Below are positions 17,021 to 26,842 of a DNA stretch of 64,000 nt, piece after piece. The notes under the pieces were generated by a model. The model had not been told where the DNA came from, searched no databases, and worked only from the letters and a program-made list of their open reading frames with translations. The DNA lies in contig CAVTFE010000088.1 in NCBI GenBank assembly GCA_963733745.1, positions 79,266-143,265 of the forward strand, given 5' to 3'. Position 1 is the first letter of the stretch, and each line of letters starts with the position of its first letter. This stretch comes from an uncultured bacterium. GTDB lineage: Bacteria; Chloroflexota; Ktedonobacteria; Ktedonobacterales; JADMIN01. Position numbers and translations under genes: made by a program.

Positions 17021-17303
17021 ATGAGCGCTGACTTTTCACTGGATTTGACAGCGTATGGGTAAGGTGGATCACAAGCAGATTGTGACATGGTTCATAGCGC
17101 CCGTGCGCGGTGATATGGTTCGCTGGATGTATGAAAGTTAGCAGGTTGGCTCGTGCGGCATCTCGTCGTTCGTTGGCCTGATTGTGGTCATCATCATCAC
17201 GGGCGCTTGCGCGATCTCCTCACAGTCAGGAACCTCGTCTGGAGCCTCCACCAGCCCGCGCCCCTGGCGAGGCGGGCGATAATCACCGCAAAAGGGGGAT
17301 GAG

Positions 17304-18206
17304 ATGATGCGACGATCCCTGGCTCTCATAGTAATTGGTCTTTTGGCAAGTTCGTTCCTGGGTGGCTGTGACGCTACCTCTGCTGGACACACCGCAACAC
17401 CGACCGCGACTCTTTCTCCCACGCCCGCGCGGCTACCCACCGCCACAGCCGACCAATTCCATGCGGCGTGTCCATCCGGTCAGGGCTTCGGCGACATCTA
17501 TCAAAGCGGCGACTCCTATATCGCGGTCTCGCTGATTGGACTGGCGTATCCCGCGGCCAAACTCCCCGATGGCGTACCACTCGATCCATTCAAGCTCCCA
17601 TCTGATGCTGGCGATCTGCACGGCCTGCCACAGTCACCAGAGGTCAATCCAGAGCTGGAGCATACAGGGATCATGGTCGAATACTGCAACGGCGCGAAGA
17701 GCGCGTCTCACCGTGTTGAGGGGGTGAGCGTGCGGATCGACCGCTTCACGCCATACACGGGCGCGCTCAATAGCTGGCAGTTCTGCGATGGCTTCTACAC
17801 AAATGGTCAAGTCAACGGCGGCGGCTGTGGCGGCCACTTCTTCGCCGACGAGTACCTGCACGCCACCTTCGATTCAACCGCTAGCGCGGGAGCGACACGT
17901 AGCGCTGACTTTATCAAGGTTGTCTCGGACGATTCGACGCTTCCACCGCTGCCTGTGAACCTGTCATCGGGCCAGAGCGTGTTATTGGAGGTCGCGCTTA
18001 CCGCGCCGACCGCGCCGGGAACCTATGGTTTCTCGTTCAGCGTCGGCGTCGATGGCGCGCATCTGCCCTACGCCGCGCTCTCAGACGATCTGCTGCTCGA
18101 TTCCGCCACGCGCAAATGGAGCGGGCAGGCCTGTACTGTCGCCGCGATGCAGGACGAACTCTTTGGGGTCAGTACGGGCAGCTATATCTGCCCCACCTTC
18201 GCATGA
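17304..18206 (+). CDS. hypothetical lipoprotein
   Basis: Signal peptide plus lipobox (LLASSFLGGC). GGGGGA upstream. Confidence 0.7.
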   Translation: MMRRSLALIVIGLLASSFLGGCDATSAGHTATPTATLSPTPARLPTATADQFHAACPSGQGFGDIYQSGDSYIAVSLIGLAYPAAKLPDGVPLDPFKLPSDAGDLHGLPQSPEVNPELEHTGIMVEYCNGAKSASHRVEGVSVRIDRFTPYTGALNSWQFCDGFYTNGQVNGGGCGGHFFADEYLHATFDSTASAGATRSADFIKVVSDDSTLPPLPVNLSSGQSVLLEVALTAPTAPGTYGFSFSVGVDGAHLPYAALSDDLLLDSATRKWSGQACTVAAMQDELFGVSTGSYICPTFA

Positions 18207-18356
18207 GGCGAGACAGTGGTAAGTAGCGACTGCGCTGCGTAACCACCAGCGGTATCCATTAGAGGCGCCTGAAGGAGGCGGCGAAACGCGTTGCCCTGTC
18301 GCCTGTCATTGTCGTTCGCCTCATTTTCTGAGAGCTCGCGCGATGGGAGACCTGTA

Positions 18357-18443
18357 ATGCCGAATGTGCCACCTGCGCTGCAATACTTCATCACAGGCGC
18401 TGGCATCATCGTGGCTGTCGGATTCGTCGTCATTCTGATCCTA
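18357..18443 (+). pseudogene. 5' part of a small membrane-protein gene (DUF3592-like) interrupted by IS630 elements
   Basis: MPNVPPALQYFITGAGIIVAVGFVVILI, then the TA target at 18442-18443. Continues in frame at 20666. Confidence 0.6.
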
Positions 18444-19415
18444 GAGCAACTTTCAGGTAGGTTGAGCAGGCAGAGCGTACCCGGCGTGGGCGAACCACGG
18501 CGACCGCATCGCGGCGGGTAATGGCCTCGATGGCGAGGCGGACCGCTTCCTGGAGCGCCTCCTTGGTGCGGGCGCCTAGCCCGCGTAGGATCGCCTTGCG
18601 CTTGGAGAAGGCCTGCTCAATGGGCGTGAAATCGGGCGAGTACGGCGGCAGAAAAAACAGCAAGCAGCCGCGCGCCTCGATCACCTCACGGATGCTGGCC
18701 CCCTTGTGCGCGCTCAGATTGTCCAGCACCACCACCTGCCCCGGCCGCAGCGTCGGCGCGAGTTGCTTGCGGATGTACCACGCGAAGGTCTCACTGTCCA
18801 TGGCTCCCTCGATCAGCCACGGCGTGTGCACGCCGTCGGGGCTCAGCGCGGCGACCAGCGTGAGGTTCTTCCCGTGGTTGCGCGGCGCCGATCCGCTGGC
18901 CCGCTGGTCATGCGGCGCCCAGCCCCCAGCCATACACACGGGTCAGAGCCATGTTCGTGCCGCTCTCGTCGACAAAGACGAGTTGCTCCGGGTCCAGCTG
19001 GGCCGCGGCCTCACGCCAGGCAGTGCGCGCCTCCTCGTCGCGCTCACTGGCTGCCAGTGTCTTTTGTTCTGCGTCCACCCCAGCCGGCGGATGGCTCGCC
19101 ACATCGTCGCCTCGCTCAACTGCAGGCCCTGATGCTCCGCCCACCAGGCGCCGTGCTCCAGCGCCGTGGCGTCGGGAGCAGCCTCCAAGCGCGCCCGCAC
19201 CGTGGCCTCCAGCTCAGGTCCTGGTCTGGTCCAAGGCGGCGCGGGCAGCCAGGAATGGGCTTGCGCTCCAACGAGCCCGTCTCCCGCTGCTGCGCCACGG
19301 CGCGTTTGACCGTCGTCACGGCTACACCGAAGCGGCGAGCGGCTTCTCGCATGGGCTGACCGTCAGCCACCGCTCGCACCAGTCGTTCCTTCAGGTCGGT
19401 CGAATAGGCACGCAT
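18442..19415 (-). pseudogene. IS630-family DDE transposase, about 3 frameshifts
   Basis: HTH N-terminus MRAYSTDLKERLVRAV.., then VFVDESGTNMALTRVYGW and VVLDNLSAHK...LPPYSPDFTPIEQAF, spread over 4 frames. Confidence 0.8.
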
Positions 19416-19479
19416 ACGTGTCTATTTAACACAACTTAACACAACCTCTGCCTGCCTCTGCTACTCGCAAGTTGCTCTA
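18442..19479 (-). mobile_element. IS630-family element #1 (about 1034 bp) flanked by TA
   Basis: The terminal inverted repeats are gagcaactt... (18444-) and ...aagttgctc (-19477), and they extend imperfectly to about 34 bp. TA lies at 18442-18443 and 19478-19479. Confidence 0.75.
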
Positions 19480-20667
19480 AGTGCGTCGTTCCGCAAGTGA
19501 GATACAATACCTCCAGGTCCGGTGGGCAGGAGGTACTGCAGATGACGCTGCATATTGGTGAGGCGACTGACGAGGAGCGAGGCAAGATCGAGCGGCTGAC
19601 ACGCGCGCGTAGCGCGCCGGTTCGCCTCGTCGCTCGAGCGCGCATCGTTCAGCTTGCCCTGCAGGGGATGACGGTCACGGCCATCGCGCAGGAGCTGGGG
19701 GGAGCGAGAAGATGGTGCGCCTGTGGCTCACGCGGTTTGAGCAGGAAGGGCTGGCCGGGCTGGACGATGCGGCACGCTCTGGCCGACCGCGTACCTATAC
19801 GGAGGAGTACTACAGCCGGGTGATCGCCCTGGCGCGCGGGCTGCCGCCCAAGCCGGACGAGGGACCGGATGGGCAACTCCCGCCCACCGGCCACTGGACG
19901 TTGGACCGGCTGCAGGAAGAACTGGCCAAGAGTGGTGTGCCCATCAAGCGCAGCCAGATCCGCCGCATTCTCAAGGCGGAGCATATCAAGTGGCAGAAGC
20001 CCCGCACCTGGCTGGAGAGCGACGACCCGGAGTTCGCGGAAAACAGGGGGCCATTGTCGGGCTCTACACCGCTCCACCAGCGGGCAGCACGGTGATCTGC
20101 CTGGATGAACTCGGTCCAGTCGCGGCCAAGAGCTATCCCGGACCCAGCTGGAGCGATGACGCCCATCGCCCCCCTTTTCATCCCAGCTATGAGCGCCAGG
20201 GCTACCGCTGGGCGTTTGGCGCGCTCGCGCACCGCTCCGGCGCCGTCTGCGTCGAGACTGCCAGCACGCGCGATACCGCCGCCTGGCTGCATTTTCTGGA
20301 CGGTCTGGAGAGCTTCGCCCCACCGGGCGAGGCGTATCGCATCGTTGATGCTCTCCCGCTCCACTGGACCATGGACACGCTGCTGTGGAACTGGGGCCAT
20401 CCCCGCTTTCACTTCATTCCGCTGCCCAAGCGCGCCGCCTGGCTCAATCTCGTGGCTCAATGCATCGAGGGCTTTTGGAAGATCCTCCGCCAACGCGCTT
20501 TGGCTGGGCGTGTTTGCTCCACCACAGACGACGTCGATCAGGCCCTCCAGACCGGCGTGGCTGACTGGAATCGGCGCCCAACGCCGTTTCTCTGGAATCG
20601 TCCCCCCAAACCCACGCGCCTGCTCAAACGACAAGATGTCTACCGCATCTGAGGAACGACGCACTTA
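19478..20667 (+). mobile_element. IS630-family element #2 (about 1186 bp) flanked by TA
   Basis: Perfect 13-bp terminal inverted repeats agtgcgtcgttcc (19480-19492) and ggaacgacgcact (20653-20665). TA lies at 19478-19479 and 20666-20667. Confidence 0.8.
19542..20652 (+). pseudogene. IS630-family DDE transposase, 2 frameshifts
   Basis: Three frames encode the HTH region (19542-), GRPRTYTEE..HWTLDRL (19712-) and VICLDELGP...LPKRAAWLNLVAQ (19990-20652). Confidence 0.8.
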
Positions 20668-20964
20668 GTGATCGTCATGATAGTGTTCATTGTGCGGATG
20701 TTTGGCCGCATCAGGCAGGGACAAAACATCCTGCGAACCAGAGGCGTGCGCGTCGCGGCGACGATCAGCGACATGCGCGTCGAGCGCGACATGCTCTCGA
20801 AGGACCCGCTGGCGAAATGGTACGTCTATACCGCCGCCACCGATCCACGGACCGGTCCCTTGCGCACCTTCACGCAGCGGTTCCACACGCCGATGTACCG
20901 CATGGGTGACGCCATCATCGTGCTGGTCGATCCGGCGAATCCCAGCCTCTACATGTTCACCTGA
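20666..20964 (+). pseudogene. 3' part of the IS-interrupted DUF3592-like gene
   Basis: (L)VIVMIVFIVRMFGRIRQGQNILRTRGVRVAATISDM...GDAIIVLVDPANPSLYMFT. In frame with 18357-18441 once both IS elements and the extra TA copies are removed. Confidence 0.6.
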
Positions 20965-21087
20965 GTGCTGGATAGGTGTCGGGCGCATTGTGGCGCATTG
21001 TCTTGTGTGCTAGACTCCGGTCAAGCGATATTACTGGATGTACGCCACAAGGGGCTGATGGTCTCCTTACCCACGCACAAAGAAAGT

Positions 21088-21615
21088 ATGAGGGAGATGA
21101 GCGACCTCTACGTGACCTGGGATGAGTATCACACGGCGATAGAGCGCCTCGCCGCGCAGATTCATGCTTCGGGCTGGGAGTTCAACCAGATCGTCTGTAT
21201 CGCGCGTGGCGGTCTGCGCATTGGCGACACGATGTCGCGCATCTTCGACACGCCGCTGGCCATCATCTTCACGCAGTCCTACGTCGAAAACGCGGGTACG
21301 GTACAAGGCGAGATCGTCATCTCGTCGCATCTGACGATGATCACGCCCAGTCTTGGCGAGCGCGTGCTGCTGGTGGATGATCTGGTGGACACGGGGATCA
21401 CACTCGATCTGGTGAAGGCGCATCTCTTGCAGGCATATCCAGCGGTGCAGGAGATCCGCACCGCCGTGCTCTGGCAGAAACAGCGCTCGATGTGTATTCC
21501 CGACTACCGCGTCGAGTATCTCGCCGATAATCCCTGGATTCACCAGCCCTTCGAAGGCTACGACACGATGACCGCTGAGGAACTCGTCGCACGCACGGGC
21601 AAGATCAGCCGCTAG
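21088..21615 (+). CDS. purine phosphoribosyltransferase (xanthine/hypoxanthine-guanine type)
   Basis: PRPP-binding loop VLLVDDLVDTGITL and CIARGGLRIGD. The start is uncertain (ATG at 21058, 21088 or 21097). Confidence 0.8.
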   Translation: MREMSDLYVTWDEYHTAIERLAAQIHASGWEFNQIVCIARGGLRIGDTMSRIFDTPLAIIFTQSYVENAGTVQGEIVISSHLTMITPSLGERVLLVDDLVDTGITLDLVKAHLLQAYPAVQEIRTAVLWQKQRSMCIPDYRVEYLADNPWIHQPFEGYDTMTAEELVARTGKISR

Positions 21616-21682
21616 CGCGCGGAAATAGGTCATGGGACCAACCGGGCGCGTCAAGTCTTTCAACTCCATCACCAGCGCGCCG
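21606..21682 (-). repeat. decayed duplicate of the dprA 3' terminus (copy L)
   Basis: Minus-strand translation GALVMELKDLTRPVGPMTYFRA compares with the dprA end GALVMMELNGLTRLVGPMTYIRAR*. About 80% nt identity to 24111-24188. Confidence 0.8.
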
Positions 21683-21746
21683 AGCCCCTATGCCCTGATG
21701 GGTTTCTCTGGCAGCGCCATCCGCAGTTCCATCTCGGGCAGATGGC

Positions 21747-22394
21747 TCAGCGAATACTGAGCAGGTGGGAGATGTCGTTGAGCGCCAGAATCTCGACTTC
21801 GAAAGGTGGGTAGAGCGGCCCGCTTGCACGGGCTTCCGGCGAGACAAAGTGAATTGTACTGATTGTGCCGTTCGCCAGCTCAAACCATCGGGGCGCATCC
21901 TCTGGAACGCCGATAATGACGTGCAGCAGATAATTCACGAACCCTCCATGTGTCACGACAGCGACACGATCATCTATGCCGCAGTGGCTGAGCAGCAAAG
22001 CACGTGCGTGGTGGCAACGTTTGAACAGCGACTCATATGAGTCATCGCCGTGATACCAGCCATCCTCAGTGATAGATGGTGAGAGCACCGCTCGTGGAAA
22101 TCGTCGAAGCAGTTCCGTTCTGCCCAATCCACGATACTGTCCGCTGAACCCTTCACGCAGTTCCGGCCAAACAACCATCTCGGGCAAATCTGTGACCTCA
22201 ACGATAGTATTCGCTGTCTCGAGCGCGCAGATCAGAGGACTGCTGATCACACAGGTCACATCCATCTCGTTCAATCGCTCCGCGACAAGTGTAGCCTGTC
22301 GCCTTCCAAGCACAGAGAGAGGGCTGTCGGGGTCCGTGTTGCCTGGCTCACTTTGTCCCAAACATTCGCCGTGGCGCACAAGAAAGAGATGCAA
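21747..22394 (-). CDS. histidine phosphatase family protein (phosphoglycerate mutase-like)
   Basis: N-terminal LFLVRHGE catalytic motif. 215 aa. Confidence 0.85.
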   Translation of the reverse strand: MHLFLVRHGECLGQSEPGNTDPDSPLSVLGRRQATLVAERLNEMDVTCVISSPLICALETANTIVEVTDLPEMVVWPELREGFSGQYRGLGRTELLRRFPRAVLSPSITEDGWYHGDDSYESLFKRCHHARALLLSHCGIDDRVAVVTHGGFVNYLLHVIIGVPEDAPRWFELANGTISTIHFVSPEARASGPLYPPFEVEILALNDISHLLSIR

Positions 22395-22480
22395 AGCGCC
22401 CTCCCTATCGCGCTTTTCCCGCGCATAGCGCCGCGCTTGCTGGCGGCATGATCCAGGCTCGACCTACTCAGATGTAACAC

Positions 22481-22508
22481 CAGCCGCTAGCGCGGATACA
22501 AGTCAATC
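22481..22508 (-). repeat. 28-nt stub homologous to the dprA 3' terminus (copy M)
   Basis: Minus strand ttgacttgtatccgcgctagcggctg (LTCIRAS) compares with dprA atgacctacatccgtgcgcgctag (MTYIRAR*). Shares cagccgctagcgcg with copy L. Confidence 0.65.
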
Positions 22509-23792
22509 GCCGATTAGAGGCGCGCTCGTGGCGTCACTGGGCCTCTCCAGGTGGCTCCAAAGCAGACGCCCAGACTGCAAATCAAGCGCATGCAGTATGC
22601 TGCCATTGCCGGGGTGGCAACAGAGTATTGACCCGAAGGCTGCGCTGAAATAAATCGTCCCGTTCGTGATGGCGGGGCGAGACCATGTGTACCATACGTA
22701 CTCTGGATCTGTTGGAGTCTCGAAGATAGCATAGGCACGCAACAACGCGCCGCTGCTCGCGTCAAGTGTCAACATCTCTGAGCCCACGCCAACGTAGAGC
22801 CGCCCCTCTTGCAGCAGAGGGGAACTGAGGGTTCGCGTGCCCTCCGCAAAACTCCACATGACCTTGCCATTGCTTGCCCGCAGCGCCGTGATATCGCCGC
22901 CTGGGTTTAGGTAGATGATCCCGTTCGCCATCAAGGCTCCTGCTAAAGGGTCAAAGCCACTATTGATCGCAGTGGTCCACAGCTGGCGTCCGTCTGTCGC
23001 CTGAATGGCTTCTACTTTCCGTTGGAACGGAGAGACGCCGATGGCCTCGCTGCTAATGAGTATGGCTCCAGCGTCGCCGATGAGCGATACGTTACGGAGG
23101 TCGATTCGCTTTTGCCAGAGACGCGCGCCATCGATTGCCCGGAACGCGTTCAAGTATGTGGCCGCAGGCTCGGCTGGATAGTTATCGGATACCACAACAA
23201 GAATGCCATTGGTGATGACCGGCGCGGCGCTGACGACTGGTTCAAGCGCCGCCCGCCAGAGCAGCGCGCCGTCGCTCGCGCGCAGAGCCACGACATGGCC
23301 GTTCCGCTCGCAGGGAAAGCTACCATCATAATGTCCTGAGGTCGTCAGGTAGATAATGCCATCCTGGACAAGCGGTGGCGCGGTGTATTGCAGGCAAGCG
23401 GGCACGACCGTATGCCAGTGGATATCGCCAGTGCGTGGATCAATGGCGTAGAGTTTGGGCACAGCATGATCGGCGGCGATGGCTGTTGTGTAGAGCATGC
23501 CATTGACGAGCGCTGGCGCGCCTGGCCCACTGGTCATTGTCGAGCCGTTTGGCAATATGTTATCCCAGTTCCCCACCTTCCAGCGTACCTGCCTGTCGCT
23601 GGCGCGAAACGCCCAGAGATAATTTCCCTGACTCCAATACACCGTCCGCCGCGCAAGCGCGGACTCTGGCGTAGGGGAAGGTGTGGGATGAGAGGCGTCT
23701 GTAGGGGTCCATGGCAGCGCGCAGCCTGAGACTGAGAGCAGCGCCGCCATCAGCAGCGCCTGAAACAGGCGAATACGTGGCTCGGCGCGCAT
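22503..23792 (-). CDS. PQQ-like beta-propeller repeat lipoprotein
   Basis: Start moved to ATG 23792 (MRAEPRIRLFQALLMAALLSVSGC lipobox). Repeated ...G.lY..t..G.l.Al....G..lW motifs. The longer ORF in the track would overlap dprA. Confidence 0.8.
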   Translation of the reverse strand: MRAEPRIRLFQALLMAALLSVSGCALPWTPTDASHPTPSPTPESALARRTVYWSQGNYLWAFRASDRQVRWKVGNWDNILPNGSTMTSGPGAPALVNGMLYTTAIAADHAVPKLYAIDPRTGDIHWHTVVPACLQYTAPPLVQDGIIYLTTSGHYDGSFPCERNGHVVALRASDGALLWRAALEPVVSAAPVITNGILVVVSDNYPAEPAATYLNAFRAIDGARLWQKRIDLRNVSLIGDAGAILISSEAIGVSPFQRKVEAIQATDGRQLWTTAINSGFDPLAGALMANGIIYLNPGGDITALRASNGKVMWSFAEGTRTLSSPLLQEGRLYVGVGSEMLTLDASSGALLRAYAIFETPTDPEYVWYTWSRPAITNGTIYFSAAFGSILCCHPGNGSILHALDLQSGRLLWSHLERPSDATSAPLIGD

Positions 23793-24112
23793 CGCTTTAT
23801 CAATCTGCGCCAGAAGACCCCGCCCTTCAGGTGTACCGTCAGGGCTGGGGATGAATGGCGCACTGACTGGCGCACGTGACTGGTTGCCTGTCAGGTGCGA
23901 TCCTGTCCACATACCGCAGGGCCTGCGGAAATTGACGCTTGTGGAGGTGGCTTCGGGCCACGACATGACGGTGTCAGACTTGCCCAGCTTGCTGGATGAG
24001 CAGTCGTCAGCCCAAGAATCCCCCGGCTTGAGCCGTGGGGAGAGGTCAAGAGCAGACCAGCGCGCTGAACTCCACATGCCCGCCATATCCCACTCTTCCC
24101 GCTCATGAAGCG

Positions 24113-25459
24113 CTAGCGCGCACGGATGTAGGTCATAGGGCCGACGAGGCGCGTCAGCCCGTTGAGTTCCATCATCACCAGCGCGCCGGAAACCTCCGCC
24201 ACTGGCAGGCCCGTCGCGCGGCACAACTCGTCGATATGTTGTGGCTCGCCGCTCTCGTCCAGCGCGCCGAGCAGCCGCGCCTCGGTGGGATTCTCCGGTA
24301 GCGCCTCGCGCAACTCCATCTGCTGCGGGACGAGATGCAGATTCAACTCTGTGGTGATGTCCAGCGGCTCGATCACCAGTTTCGCGCCATCCTGGATCAG
24401 CCGGTTGCAGCCCAGGCTGCCGCGACTTGTGACATTGCCCGGCACGGCGAAGACATCGCGCCCCTGCTCGGCGGCGAAGCGCGTCGTGATGAGCGCGCCG
24501 CTGTTCTCCGGCGCTTCAGTCACGAGCACGCCCAATGCGAGGCCGCTGATGAGCCGGTTGCGCGCGGGGAAGTTGCTCGCCTCCGGCTGCACGCCTGGGG
24601 CAAATTCGGTCACTACCGCGCCCTGCTCGACGATCCTGGCGGCGAGCTTCGCGTTCTCCGGCGGGTAGACCAGATCGGGACCGCAGCCAAGCACCGCGAT
24701 GGTGCGCCCGCCAGCGTCGAGCGCCGCTGTATGCGCGTGCGTATCAATGCCCCGCGCCAGCCCGCTGACGATGGTGATGCGCTGCGCCGCCAACTCCTGA
24801 ACGAGCCGCTCGGTCATCTGTCGCCCATACGCGCTCGCCCGGCGCGTCCCCACGACGGCCAGCGCCCACTCATCCTCTGTCGTCACTTTGCCGCGCACGC
24901 AGAGGATCGCCGGTGGCAGCGGAATCTCGCTCAGGAGCTTTGGGTAGCCGGGATCGATGAAGCGCACGGCGCGCACGCGCAATGTGATGAGCCGCTCCAA
25001 CTCGGCGTCAGGCACGATGGTGGGCCGTTGCCGTTCCAGCGCCTCGGTCGTGCGCGTGTCGAGTCCCGCCGCGCGCCAGGCGTGAGAGTCGGCGCTCCAC
25101 GCCTCCGCCGCCGAGCCAAAGGCGTCCAGCAAGAGCCGAAAACGCGCCGGGCCGATACCCTTGACGCGGTTGAGCGCGAGCCAGTAGGGTAGATCGGGAT
25201 CAGAGAGGTCATCGCCGAGAATTGGCAGATCGTCAGGAGCGATGTAGGGGATGGCTGGCGGGATGCGCGGAATGCCGTACTGCGCGTAGAGCGTCTCATC
25301 TTCCTCGGCGATGGCGGAAGAAACGGGCTGGCGGGTGGCTTCGGCGGCAGGCTCAACGACAGCCGCTGTGCGCTTTCTGCTGCGCCTGCGCGCGCCATCG
25401 TCGGGCGCTGTTTCTAGCGCCACATCCCTCTCTCCATTCACCAGCCACGCGCCTCCCAC
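24113..25459 (-). CDS. dprA: DNA processing protein DprA/Smf
   Basis: GLARGIDTHAHTAALDAGGRTIAVLGCGPDLVYPPEN Rossmann-like core and a C-terminal winged helix. The start is uncertain. Confidence 0.9.
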   Translation of the reverse strand: MGGAWLVNGERDVALETAPDDGARRRSRKRTAAVVEPAAEATRQPVSSAIAEEDETLYAQYGIPRIPPAIPYIAPDDLPILGDDLSDPDLPYWLALNRVKGIGPARFRLLLDAFGSAAEAWSADSHAWRAAGLDTRTTEALERQRPTIVPDAELERLITLRVRAVRFIDPGYPKLLSEIPLPPAILCVRGKVTTEDEWALAVVGTRRASAYGRQMTERLVQELAAQRITIVSGLARGIDTHAHTAALDAGGRTIAVLGCGPDLVYPPENAKLAARIVEQGAVVTEFAPGVQPEASNFPARNRLISGLALGVLVTEAPENSGALITTRFAAEQGRDVFAVPGNVTSRGSLGCNRLIQDGAKLVIEPLDITTELNLHLVPQQMELREALPENPTEARLLGALDESGEPQHIDELCRATGLPVAEVSGALVMMELNGLTRLVGPMTYIRAR

Positions 25460-26076
25460 TCGTCGAGCGATGGTCGCTCACGCCCGATATTCGTCGGATC
25501 GCCGTGACCGGGGAAGACGGCTGTCTCGTCGGGCAGGGTAAAAAGTTGCTCACGGAGACTTTGCATGATGAGCGGGAAGTCGCCAAGCGGCGGCTTGGTC
25601 GCCCCTGGCCCATCCGGGAAGAGCGTGTCGCCGCTGAAGAGCTGCCCATCGCTCAAGAAACAGACACTGCCGGGCGTGTGTCCCGGCGTATGCAGCACGT
25701 CGAGTGACGCCGCGCCAAACGCGATGCGCTGGCCATCCGAGAGCGCGAAGTTGGGCGTCAGCGGCAGCATATCGGCGTCGGCCAGATGAATTCCGACGGA
25801 AGCGCCGAGGGCGTCGCGCAGCCTGCCCAGCGCGCCCCAGTGGTCGGCGTGTCCATGCGTCATCAGGATCATGCGCACACGCGCCTGCGCCTGGCGGACC
25901 TCCTTCAAGACCTGGTCGGCGTCGCCAGAAGCGTCGATGAGTACGGCGTCGCGCGTGCGCGGGCAGACCAGCAGGTACACGTTGTTATCCGTCGGCGCGC
26001 CACTGAAGATGTAGCGGTCGAAGGCGCCATGTGCGCTGCGCGTCGCGCCGACGTTGCGCCGGGAACCAGGCTGCAT
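25438..26076 (-). CDS. MBL-fold metallo-hydrolase
   Basis: THGHADHWG (HxHxDH). ATG at 26076 is preceded by AGGAGG. Confidence 0.85.
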   Translation of the reverse strand: MQPGSRRNVGATRSAHGAFDRYIFSGAPTDNNVYLLVCPRTRDAVLIDASGDADQVLKEVRQAQARVRMILMTHGHADHWGALGRLRDALGASVGIHLADADMLPLTPNFALSDGQRIAFGAASLDVLHTPGHTPGSVCFLSDGQLFSGDTLFPDGPGATKPPLGDFPLIMQSLREQLFTLPDETAVFPGHGDPTNIGRERPSLDEWEARGW

Positions 26077-26154
26077 GGGACCCTCCTGAAGATGTGGGAG
26101 TGACGCTATTGTGCCATCCCGTCGCCAGCGCGGCAAGCGAGCGCGACGAGTGGC

Positions 26155-26667
26155 CTAGATCCCCGTGAAGGTGGGGCGCTGGTACGCTGGTTTCACGCCG
26201 GTGTAACCAGGCGTGGCGCTCTCGGCGAAGATCGTGGTCTTGATGGCGCCGCGTACGTTGAACTCGGCGACCACACGCATCCAGCGCGGAGAAAGCGCGC
26301 CTGCCAGGTCGTCGAGGATCGTGTTAGCGACGGCCTCGTGGCTAATGCCGCGATCGCGGTAGCCGTTGATGTAGAGTTTCAGGCTCTTCAACTCGACGAT
26401 GGATCCTTCTGGCACGTAGTCAATCACGATGGTGGCGAAGTCGGGGTAGCCTGAGCGCGGGCAGAGGCAGGTGAACTCAGGAATCTCGAAGTGAATCATG
26501 TAGTCGCGTTCGGGATTGGGATTCGGCCACGCCTCAAGCTGGTTCTGGGCAATCGCCTCCTCGCCGTACTTCCTGCCATTTTGCCGTTCGCGGCTCTCAC
26601 GTTTCGTCGCCATCTCGTCGTATCGCTTTCCTGTGCTGCTATCGTCCTGCGATGGGTTGCCGACCAT
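26155..26667 (-). CDS. queF: NADPH-dependent 7-cyano-7-deazaguanine reductase QueF (unimodular type)
   Basis: [14 protein letters not shown] catalytic Cys region and the ELKSLKLY QueF motif. Confidence 0.9.
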   Translation of the reverse strand: MVGNPSQDDSSTGKRYDEMATKRESRERQNGRKYGEEAIAQNQLEAWPNPNPERDYMIHFEIPEFTCLCPRSGYPDFATIVIDYVPEGSIVELKSLKLYINGYRDRGISHEAVANTILDDLAGALSPRWMRVVAEFNVRGAIKTTIFAESATPGYTGVKPAYQRPTFTGI

Positions 26668-26842
26668 CGCGCTCCTGATCGTCGTTTGCGCATGCCGACG
26701 TATTGTATCGCGCGGGCGCAGGCTTCGTCAGCCAGCGGAAAGCGTTTCCAATGCGATACCGATTGGACGCCGCGCTCTGCGGCCATTTACAGTAGATGGT
26801 AGATAGTAGCGGCAATTCCGGGCGTAGAAGGCAGCATCAGCC

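Noticed and set aside
22503-24224. Full 573-aa version of the PQQ-propeller ORF
   Set aside because: The first 144 codons overlap the dprA 3' end and lack protein-like features. An internal ATG (23792) is followed by a textbook lipoprotein signal peptide, so the shorter gene was annotated.
26668-26842. Possible preQ1 riboswitch upstream of queF
   Set aside because: A 5-bp hairpin (minus strand cgtcg-N11-cgacg, 26680-26700) precedes the SD. However, the A-rich tail and conserved nucleotides of preQ1-I/II aptamers are absent. A TACAAT box (26702-26707) directly abuts the hairpin, leaving too short a leader. A covariance-model scan would settle it.
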